Part shown: in pieces, positions 58,139-64,000 of the stretch | Layout: every line of letters begins with the position of its first letter | Numbering within the stretch: position 1 is the first letter of the stretch | The notes under the pieces: model-generated | What the model saw: the letters and a program-made list of their open reading frames with translations, nothing else | What the model was told of the DNA's origin: nothing | Databases searched by the model: none | Origin: a virus | Strand: one strand, 5' to 3' | Length of the DNA: 64,000 nucleotides | Virus record (IMG/VR): IMGVR_UViG_3300032213_001988 | Span: 32,001 to 96,000 of that record | Program-made: the position numbers and the translations under genes

Positions 58139-58140
58139 AT

Positions 58141-58455
58141 CTATTTTTCTTCCAGCTTGAGAGTCTCGATGACGGCGCGACCGGTAACGGAATCCCGAAT
58201 AAGGAATCCATCATCAGCGTGACAGCTCATACATAGATACTCGTTGCGTCGATGTGATGGGTCACGGAAAACCTTTTCTTGTTTGCCACACCTATCGCAG
58301 TAGGGTTTTAATGGATGTGAATGTGCGTATTGACGTGAGTGCTCAGCGCATAGCAGTTGCTCACCACACTCATAAACAAGTGCGTTGGTTTCCTGGCATC
58401 GTTCACATGTTCCGTAAACGTATACCTGATCTTTCTGAATCGTACCTCGCGTCAT
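58141..58455 (-). CDS. Tandem Zn-finger hypothetical protein
   Basis: CERC..C.EH; CDRC..CMSC. Confidence 0.65.
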   Translation of the reverse strand: MTRGTIQKDQVYVYGTCERCQETNALVYECGEQLLCAEHSRQYAHSHPLKPYCDRCGKQEKVFRDPSHRRNEYLCMSCHADDGFLIRDSVTGRAVIETLKLEEK

Positions 58456-58493
58456 TGCATCCTCCTGTAGTGGTAGAACTTTATCCTGAATCC

Positions 58494-58757
58494 TTATTCT
58501 TGTAAACCTTTATCCAAAACCATCTGGCGTCGTGGTCCATATTCACTGGAAGGTAGCCCAATGTTAATGGATACCTGACAGTCGATGTGGTCCATGTGAC
58601 GGGCAGACATCTTAAGGTTGCCCTTTGCCTTGTTGCCTAGCGGCACGAACTGAATCTCCTGAGCCACATAGATGTAGTGGCCGCAGGAGATACAGATCTC
58701 AAAACGATTGTCGTCTCTACGACGAGGGACTCTTTGGTCCTTTGCTAGAAACTTCAA
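58494..58757 (-). CDS. Small Cys/His-containing hypothetical protein
   Basis: CISC..H..C. Confidence 0.55.
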   Translation of the reverse strand: MKFLAKDQRVPRRRDDNRFEICISCGHYIYVAQEIQFVPLGNKAKGNLKMSARHMDHIDCQVSINIGLPSSEYGPRRQMVLDKGLQE

Positions 58758-58758
58758 G

Positions 58759-58971
58759 TTAGATGTCTAGCTTTCGGCTGCCTGGCTTGTAGCTCTTATG
58801 AGAGGCTACGCCAAGAAGAGGTTGGATCTTTACTTCATCCTTCTTGTGCTTGTAGATCTTGCGAGCTACGAAGCCTAAGGCTACTGCTGCAATGACCCAC
58901 GAGTGTAGGTACAGCTCAATGGTGTTGGGAATGTATAGAGACACTACCCAGCTTTCAATTGTAAACTCCAT
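58759..58971 (-). CDS. Small membrane protein
   Basis: One hydrophobic helix; coupled. Confidence 0.6.
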   Translation of the reverse strand: MEFTIESWVVSLYIPNTIELYLHSWVIAAVALGFVARKIYKHKKDEVKIQPLLGVASHKSYKPGSRKLDI

Positions 58972-59205
58972 TTACTTTCCTTTCGTTAGGTTGAACTCGT
59001 CGTCCGCAACGTTGAAGCAGTGAAGTGCAAATACTAGAAGTGGAATACATCCACCAAGTACGAGAACTGCTGCCGCAACAAGCGATAGCAAACTAGGGAA
59101 GATGAAAAACGTGTGAGCTGCGTATGGGAACCAGGCAACTGCTGCTACGATTAGTGCTGCGCCATAGCGGCGGTAACGGTATCCACGAAACTTGTTTATT
59201 TTCAT
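58972..59205 (-). CDS. Two-TM membrane protein
   Basis: Two hydrophobic segments; ACGAAAGGA RBS. Confidence 0.65.
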   Translation of the reverse strand: MKINKFRGYRYRRYGAALIVAAVAWFPYAAHTFFIFPSLLSLVAAAVLVLGGCIPLLVFALHCFNVADDEFNLTKGK

Positions 59206-59249
59206 TTGGGAAGTCCTTTCGTCATTTGCCGGAGGTTCCGGCGTTGGGA

Positions 59250-59266
59250 TAATTATATCAGGTAGG
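59250..59266 (-). promoter_or_regulatory. Early promoter copy
   Basis: taattatatcaggtagg. Confidence 0.8.
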
Positions 59267-59446
59267 TCAGGCAGATGGCTCCATTAGCTTGCTAATTGAA
59301 TCCATTTTTTCTTTGATGACGGCATACGCGTTGGCGCATGAGTAGCAGTATGTCTCGGTAGGAATCCCACCGAGCATGAAGGCGGCAACTCCTGAGTACA
59401 CAAGCTCTGTGTTCTCGCAGTTAGGAACCTTGCACTGGCTCGCCAT
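59267..59446 (-). CDS. Cys4 protein missed by track, 59 aa (MASQCKVPNC...)
   Basis: Hand translation; TAATG coupling. Confidence 0.6.
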   Translation of the reverse strand: MASQCKVPNCENTELVYSGVAAFMLGGIPTETYCYSCANAYAVIKEKMDSISKLMEPSA

Positions 59447-59559
59447 TATCGGCGAGCTTTCTTCATGCGACGCTCTTGCTTAGTTGTGTCGATGATGAAT
59501 GGAGCTGCAATAAGTAGGATTGCTGCGAAGTAGATTATGAATGCTGTTGTTTCTGTCAT
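59446..59559 (-). CDS. Single-TM peptide missed by track, 37 aa (MTETTAFIIY...)
   Basis: ACGAAAGG RBS behind promoter at 59593. Confidence 0.6.
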   Translation of the reverse strand: MTETTAFIIYFAAILLIAAPFIIDTTKQERRMKKARR

Positions 59560-59592
59560 TTTGTATTACCTTTCGTAGTTGGGTTGTTGGAA

Positions 59593-59609
59593 TAATTATA
59601 TCAGGTAGG
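59593..59609 (-). promoter_or_regulatory. Early promoter copy
   Basis: taattatatcaggtagg. Confidence 0.8.
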
Positions 59610-59618
59610 TTGGGAAGA

Positions 59619-59807
59619 TTAACTCTTTGTTCCCCAGGTAACCAGCGAGATCACCTTATCCGCAAGGAAGTTGCTACGGCTGTAAGCTTCGGCCCATGAT
59701 TCCGCCTCTGCCTCTGAACGGCAGTACTGGTAAAAGGTTTGGCCATTACTCATCGTGTAGTAGTACGTGGTTTGATTTCCAGGTATATTTTTCATTTGGA
59801 GCTCCAA
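59619..59807 (-). CDS. Hypothetical protein, 62 aa
   Basis: Behind promoter at 59824. Confidence 0.6.
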   Translation of the reverse strand: MELQMKNIPGNQTTYYYTMSNGQTFYQYCRSEAEAESWAEAYSRSNFLADKVISLVTWGTKS

Positions 59808-59823
59808 TCCCTTGTTGTTAGGA

Positions 59824-59840
59824 CAATTATATCAGGTAGG
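59824..59840 (-). promoter_or_regulatory. Early promoter copy
   Basis: caattatatcaggtagg. Confidence 0.8.
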
Positions 59841-59987
59841 TTCTCCACGGCGCTTAAACTCTGGGCGTCTGCGTGAGATTTCACACTGGTCGGGTTTTAG
59901 CCCCTGGGACTTTAGCCAGCTCTTGGCGGCATCCTCATCAGTGAACTGTCCCGCCCAGACTCCGCTGGGTAGGAACACGTTCACCAT
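59832..59987 (-). CDS. 51-aa protein missed by track (W-x-GQF paralog A)
   Basis: MVNVFLPSGVWAGQFTDEDAAKSWL...; stop is the TGA inside the promoter. Confidence 0.55.
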   Translation of the reverse strand: MVNVFLPSGVWAGQFTDEDAAKSWLKSQGLKPDQCEISRRRPEFKRRGEPT

Positions 59988-60001
59988 TTCGTAGAGAGTA
60001 C

Positions 60002-60106
60002 TCACCAACGAACCTCTGGGTCGTTTTTGTTGATTTTGTGGTCGAGCTCAAGCACCGCAAACAGCAGTGCCATAGCAACGGCAACTACAATGACTACACC
60101 TATCAT
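60002..60106 (-). CDS. Single-TM peptide missed by track, 34 aa (MIGVVIVV...)
   Basis: ATGA coupling. Confidence 0.55.
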   Translation of the reverse strand: MIGVVIVVAVAMALLFAVLELDHKINKNDPEVRW

Positions 60107-60321
60107 TTGTGTTCTCCAAACATCTCTGTCCAGCATGTTGGATGATAACCAGTCATTAGTTGCTCACGTAGAGACTTATCTAAGTCTGGGTAAGCATCTT
60201 GGATTGCCGCACCAAGTTGGCGAGCAAAGAATCCCACTGCTGGAACCTCAACTACTCCACCCTTGTTGCACCAAGAACAGGTTGGTGTCTCCACCACATA
60301 TGTTTCATCTATGAGTGCCAT
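60103..60321 (-). CDS. Cys4 hypothetical protein
   Basis: CSWC..GYHPTCW; ACGAAAGGA RBS. Confidence 0.65.
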   Translation of the reverse strand: MALIDETYVVETPTCSWCNKGGVVEVPAVGFFARQLGAAIQDAYPDLDKSLREQLMTGYHPTCWTEMFGEHK

Positions 60322-60348
60322 ACGTTGTCCTTTCGTAGTTTCTTAGGA

Positions 60349-60365
60349 CAATTATATCAGGCAGG
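60349..60365 (-). promoter_or_regulatory. Early promoter copy
   Basis: caattatatcaggcagg. Confidence 0.78.
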
Positions 60366-60506
60366 TGGGTATTTAGAAGCGCCAATCACGAGCTTGTAGT
60401 CGTTAATGTCCTCGCCCTTGTCATCAAGATACGTCTCAACGGCATCAACCGAACGAAATTGGCCTACCCACGTGTTGTCGGCACTATAAAGATGAATGTA
60501 GCTCAT
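60357..60506 (-). CDS. 49-aa protein missed by track (W-x-GQF paralog B)
   Basis: MSYIHLYSADNTWVGQFRSVDAVETYL...; ATGA coupling; stop inside promoter. Confidence 0.6.
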   Translation of the reverse strand: MSYIHLYSADNTWVGQFRSVDAVETYLDDKGEDINDYKLVIGASKYPPA

Positions 60507-61093
60507 TTTAGCTTCTTTCCGTATTGGATTCGTGTAATGATAGGAGCCTTAGTGTATACATCCCACTCACAGGCAACCGCAACTGATTTTTCAATAACCT
60601 TTTCGGCTTTCTCCGGGTTGTCCTTTAGCTTCTCGATTCCCAGGGCAACCAAAGCTCCAAGAGCTACATCACCACCTGAACCTCCGTAATAAATGTTACG
60701 TACTTCTCTGTCCCACGAGTAATCTTCAAAGATTGGATAGATAACACCGCGAACAATTACAAGTAAGTTCGAGTCTTGAAACGCCGCATCACCATCGTCC
60801 TTTGCATCGTAGCCAGCATCTTGAAATGCACTACGCAAGGAAGGTATAAAGGAGCGAGTCATAAACTTATCGAGACCATCTTGCGTTACGTTCTTTGGTG
60901 GCGTTGGTGGCGTCCAACCAAACTGCGAGATGTTTCCACCGCGTGATGCGCCGGAGACTGCAATAAGGTACTCACCATTCGCAACAACCTTTGGAGTCGC
61001 AAGATCCATTGCGCGACCACCTTCGTCACTTGCACGTGAATCACAGCCAATGACTGCCCAGCCATTTCCTTGAAAAGCAGCAAGCGTTGTCAA
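60503..61093 (-). CDS. Proteasome-beta/HslV-like Ntn hydrolase (start corrected to TTG giving M-TTL)
   Basis: TTLAA...GCDSRAS...PKVV...GSGGDVALGAL; GGGAG 6 nt before TTG. Confidence 0.75.
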   Translation of the reverse strand: MTTLAAFQGNGWAVIGCDSRASDEGGRAMDLATPKVVANGEYLIAVSGASRGGNISQFGWTPPTPPKNVTQDGLDKFMTRSFIPSLRSAFQDAGYDAKDDGDAAFQDSNLLVIVRGVIYPIFEDYSWDREVRNIYYGGSGGDVALGALVALGIEKLKDNPEKAEKVIEKSVAVACEWDVYTKAPIITRIQYGKKLK

Positions 61094-61171
61094 TAGAGTC
61101 TCCCAGGGTTTAGTCAATTGTATCCTAAACCTACCGCACATGGCGGTAAGCTTAGGAACAACCTATCAAAG

Positions 61172-61504
61172 TTATGCTGGGTCTACTATGGAGATAGGGA
61201 CTGTTATGTTGGCAGATTCAGTACCTGTCGGGGTATATCTTGCGAATCTACCCATAGGCTTTTCTAACTGAACCACAATCTTGGTTCTCTTCATACCGGT
61301 AACTCGTGCGTACTCACCCACGAGATAGCGGGTACCGCAACTGTTGTTGAATCGAACTCTGTCACCAATACCGAAATCGGTAGCTTTTTTAGTAGAACGG
61401 AGTGCCGCAAGTCGAGACTCAACCGAGGTGTTCAGTGCTCCAAGGTCATTGTCCAACTCACCACTTTCGATGGCAGCCTTAACTGCCTCTAGTGTTAGCG
61501 TCAT
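61172..61504 (-). CDS. Hypothetical protein with SH3/KOW-like C-terminus
   Basis: FGIGDRVRF; AGGAGG RBS. Confidence 0.65.
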   Translation of the reverse strand: MTLTLEAVKAAIESGELDNDLGALNTSVESRLAALRSTKKATDFGIGDRVRFNNSCGTRYLVGEYARVTGMKRTKIVVQLEKPMGRFARYTPTGTESANITVPISIVDPA

Positions 61505-61534
61505 TTTGTCCCTCCTTAGGGGTTGTCGTTAAGC

Positions 61535-61551
61535 TAATTATATCAGGTAGG
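61535..61551 (-). promoter_or_regulatory. Early promoter copy
   Basis: taattatatcaggtagg. Confidence 0.8.
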
Positions 61552-62002
61552 TCTCGACTTCGCCTTTAGCAAACGCGGCATACGTCACACCTGTGTGGTT
61601 GTTGCTGTCATCAACGCGTAGCTCACCTACATGCGCAGGCTCGAGTTGTGAATCATGAGTTAGATAGATCTCGTACACCAGCGAGTCATTGAGCCAACCG
61701 CAGGCGCTCTCAACCCAGGCAAGGCACTCATCTTCATATCTCGCTGGAACAGTGGTAACGAACTGCCGCGCAGTGAGATCAATCACGTTCCCCCACTCGG
61801 GTTCGGTAATAAAGTATCTGCCTTTAGCATCTTCACCAATGTCTTCATAGACTGCCCAGTGTTCTCTGCGTGTGTAGCTAAGACCTGTGACTCTAATCAG
61901 ACCTAGCTTATGTTTCTCCGCATACATACTTGACTGCATCAAGCACTGACCGAAAGCTGTAGCTGGATCGGCAATACCTTTAGGCGCTAACCGCACGCTC
62001 AT
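61538..62002 (-). CDS. Papain/transglutaminase-like fold protein
   Basis: GQC..EHW..VIDLTARQF (Cys-His-Asp). Confidence 0.5.
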   Translation of the reverse strand: MSVRLAPKGIADPATAFGQCLMQSSMYAEKHKLGLIRVTGLSYTRREHWAVYEDIGEDAKGRYFITEPEWGNVIDLTARQFVTTVPARYEDECLAWVESACGWLNDSLVYEIYLTHDSQLEPAHVGELRVDDSNNHTGVTYAAFAKGEVETYLI

Positions 62003-62316
62003 TAGTATTCCAAATCTGGATTTTTGTACTGTGGATACATTTTGTAGAATCCTTGCATGTCCCAGTTCATGTCAGTCTTGCAGATAGAGCATTCAGTAGG
62101 ATAGATGTCATCTAGGTTTGACATGTCAAGCTCGACAAGTTGAAGACCACACTCGCCAAAATTAAGAGCTAGACTTTCAAGTAAACCTCTACCCTCTTCC
62201 TCGGCGCTCTTACGGAACACAATGGAAAGACGTTCGGGGCCAGTCAGAGTCGACCAGGGAACTCCTGGACCGCGACACCAGATAGATGCCATCACCTTTT
62301 CTTTTTTGTCACTCAT
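62002..62316 (-). CDS. Hypothetical protein (start corrected to MSDKK)
   Basis: Overlaps stop of upstream gene; CSIC. Confidence 0.55.
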   Translation of the reverse strand: MSDKKEKVMASIWCRGPGVPWSTLTGPERLSIVFRKSAEEEGRGLLESLALNFGECGLQLVELDMSNLDDIYPTECSICKTDMNWDMQGFYKMYPQYKNPDLEY

Positions 62317-62569
62317 CGGACCAGAGCTCATCTCTGAGAGCTTCTTCGTATTTGTCTCCGCGAAACGAGTTAGAACCAAAAGTGATGTCTTCACTTTCAA
62401 TAAGTTTATCGAGTGACAACACCGCAGTGTGTCCTTCAGCTTCAAACATGATGACGAGTTTTGTGTCGCCTTCATTTGGGTCATCGACAAGAGCAACGCG
62501 GAATGGCATTCCCGCAACTCCATTTCGGTGGTAGTCTGCGTTTACAATTTGTAAGTTAGTTAGAGTCAT
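62309..62569 (-). CDS. Hypothetical protein (start corrected to MTLTN)
   Basis: GAAAGGAAC RBS; YHRNGVAGMPF. Confidence 0.6.
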   Translation of the reverse strand: MTLTNLQIVNADYHRNGVAGMPFRVALVDDPNEGDTKLVIMFEAEGHTAVLSLDKLIESEDITFGSNSFRGDKYEEALRDELWSDE

Positions 62570-62585
62570 GTGTGTTCCTTTCCAC

Positions 62586-62852
62586 TCAACCATCGTATCC
62601 ATCATCTTCGTACTCGCGCTCAAAGTCCGCGCTAGTACCGCAAGTTGGACACTTGTAAGTCCAGTACTCAAAGACCACGTTGTGGCTTCCGTACTCTTTT
62701 GTTAGAACGATTTCACGTTCCTCGAGCTTATCAAACTCAACGCACTCATCGTTTTGGCATGAAGCCTCACGATGGTCGATGTCTTCCCTTGAGTCGTAAC
62801 CCGCAATTTGGGGTTCAAATCCTGTGACGCCTGGTGGGTAGTTGCTTGCCAT
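62586..62852 (-). CDS. Acidic Zn-ribbon protein
   Basis: MASNYPPGV..CQNDEC..CPTCG; ACGAAAGGA RBS. Confidence 0.65.
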   Translation of the reverse strand: MASNYPPGVTGFEPQIAGYDSREDIDHREASCQNDECVEFDKLEEREIVLTKEYGSHNVVFEYWTYKCPTCGTSADFEREYEDDGYDG

Positions 62853-62877
62853 GATTTGTCCTTTCGTCGTTATGGGA

Positions 62878-62894
62878 TAATTATATCAGGTAGG
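62878..62894 (-). promoter_or_regulatory. Early promoter copy
   Basis: taattatatcaggtagg. Confidence 0.8.
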
Positions 62895-62904
62895 TTATTG
62901 AAGA

Positions 62905-62928
62905 GGAGAGAGTCCCACAACTCTCTCC
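62905..62928 (-). terminator. Hairpin ending the candidate sRNA unit
   Basis: ggagagagt / actctctcc. Confidence 0.55.
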
Positions 62929-62955
62929 CCTTCCCCACCATCGCCTTAAAGTTAG

Positions 62956-63033
62956 ATACGCGGAGCGGCGTATTGTTTCCGACCCCTGCAGGTTTCGAGT
63001 CGTTCAGGTGACCAGCGCCTGTCCTCCGCGTAT
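62956..63033 (-). ncRNA. Candidate 78-nt structured small RNA
   Basis: Closed by perfect 10-bp stem ATACGCGGAG/CTCCGCGTAT; predicted TSS falls on first stem base; no same-strand ORF. Confidence 0.55.
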
Positions 63034-63037
63034 AGGA

Positions 63038-63054
63038 TAATTATATCAGGTTGG
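63038..63054 (-). promoter_or_regulatory. Early promoter copy driving candidate sRNA
   Basis: taattatatcaggttgg. Confidence 0.78.
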
Positions 63055-63094
63055 AAATGAGAAACTGGAGCTCCCAGTATCCGAGAGCTCCAGT
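63055..63094 (-). terminator. Rho-independent terminator after WGR gene
   Basis: actggagctc/gagctccagt followed by TTTCTCATTT. Confidence 0.7.
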
Positions 63095-63106
63095 CCTCAA
63101 CTTTAG

Positions 63107-63349
63107 TTAGACAGCGTAGGCTAGTTCGTAACCCTTGTCAAGCTTTTCTTGAACCTTGATGAAAGCAAGTTGACGAGCATAAGACTCTGAGTAAACTTGC
63201 TTTACTGCAGTCTGACGCTGAGTCTTCTCAGCCATTCCCCAGACTGTGATTATCTTAGTTCCATCTACGATTACCTCGTACACTTTTTGCTTGCCATTGC
63301 TGCCACGTTCACCATCACTGGTTTTTAGTAAACACCATTTCTTTTGCAT
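63107..63349 (-). CDS. Stand-alone WGR-domain protein
   Basis: KVYEV..TVWG..Q..A..KVQEKLDKGY. Confidence 0.75.
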   Translation of the reverse strand: MQKKWCLLKTSDGERGSNGKQKVYEVIVDGTKIITVWGMAEKTQRQTAVKQVYSESYARQLAFIKVQEKLDKGYELAYAV

Positions 63350-63402
63350 TTGGGTTTTCCTTTCGTCGTTGCGTCGTTGGGTTCGATATTAAGTTGTTAG
63401 GA

Positions 63403-63419
63403 TAATTATATCAGGTAGG
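63403..63419 (-). promoter_or_regulatory. Early promoter copy
   Basis: taattatatcaggtagg. Confidence 0.8.
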
Positions 63420-63431
63420 AAACTGGAGCGC

Positions 63432-63626
63432 CTATACGCTTCTATGATTTAGAAAATCTTCGATGACTTGGTGAATTGCATCATTGATGTCTTCAGCCAA
63501 TTGGTCGATTTCTTCTTTCGTGTATTCCACGAAACCTTCTTCGTCTCCATTGCCCCACATCAGTCTCAACTGATCTGTCGTTAGAGATGAGTCATAGATT
63601 ACTATGTCTTCTTTTTCTTCGGCCAT
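63432..63626 (-). CDS. Acidic hypothetical protein, 64 aa
   Basis: ACGAAGGGA RBS behind promoter at 63655. Confidence 0.65.
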   Translation of the reverse strand: MAEEKEDIVIYDSSLTTDQLRLMWGNGDEEGFVEYTKEEIDQLAEDINDAIHQVIEDFLNHRSV

Positions 63627-63654
63627 TTTCAGTCCCTTCGTCGTTTGGTAAGGC

Positions 63655-63671
63655 TAATTATATCAGGTAGG
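63655..63671 (-). promoter_or_regulatory. Early promoter copy
   Basis: taattatatcaggtagg. Confidence 0.8.
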
Positions 63672-63920
63672 TTTTATGACGCCCGTCACCAAGTATGCAT
63701 ACGACACCATGCTGTCGTTGGGGTCGTAAATCGTAGCTGCTTGATTCGATAGAACTGACGAGTGTCTACGAGCGTGATGACCACAGAATAAAAGCATGCC
63801 CGTCAACATTGTTGCACGTACCTGTGCCTGCGAGCCACATCTGTCACATCGGTCCGTTGCCAGTAGCTGAGGCTGGGCTAATGCCGTTGTTACTTCTTCA
63901 ACCATGCCGTTACGCTCCAT
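63663..63920 (-). CDS. Small actinobacterial Zn-binding protein (DRCDRCG..FCGHH)
   Basis: Motif recalled from actinobacterial proteins; stop is the TGA inside the promoter. Confidence 0.65.
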   Translation of the reverse strand: MERNGMVEEVTTALAQPQLLATDRCDRCGSQAQVRATMLTGMLLFCGHHARRHSSVLSNQAATIYDPNDSMVSYAYLVTGVIKPT

Positions 63921-64000
63921 CCCACTCCGTTATGAATACCGCCTCGAAATCTGTAAGCGGTCGACCAAGCCCAATGTGAGCCATCTGCAAATACCGTGTT

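Noticed and set aside
62956-63033. tRNA gene or hammerhead ribozyme
   Set aside because: No canonical D, anticodon and T arms or CCA. CUGAACGA and GAAA resemble a hammerhead core but do not fit the CUGANGA spacing or stem layout. Kept only as an unclassified sRNA
57626-63671. 17-bp repeats as a CRISPR array
   Set aside because: Spacing is irregular (160-1700 bp), the intervals contain genes, and the repeat contains TGnTATAAT, so it is a promoter

Overview
This is a 64-kb segment of a probably lytic siphovirus of Actinomycetota. The host call rests on WhiB, leaderless promoters and a head/tail module resembling cluster-B-type actinophages; the moderate GC suggests a low-GC, possibly freshwater host (inference). 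Almost everything is on the minus strand. Reading right to left: small early genes behind ten copies of one extended -10 promoter (57.6-63.7 kb); a transglycosylase and a PG-binding gene; a 540-bp non-coding block; HTH-terminase-HTH; portal; an expanded head module (Dps, Cys-rich proteins, a 2541-aa multi-enzyme protein, a 1615-aa protease, MCP); a non-contractile tail; then replication/recombination genes interleaved with a cytosine-modification pathway; and WhiB. A collagen-like fibre and a GT2-TPR glycosyltransferase converge from the left edge. Three leads stand out. (1) A T4-like cytosine substitution pathway (Asp-type dCMP-specific TS homolog, dCTPase-like enzyme, kinase fused to a UDG-like domain, two BGT-like glycosyltransferases) that also includes a C5-methyltransferase homolog with catalytic motifs intact but SAM-binding motifs degraded. 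(2) A head module that looks like polyproteins cut at recurrent [LIVM]-[TV]-A-[AS] sites, carrying ADP-ribosyltransferase, kinase and metal-binding cargo plus an RDxxG[RK][FW] motif. (3) A promoter-driven 78-nt structured RNA. All family assignments come from motif recognition by eye; no database search was run.
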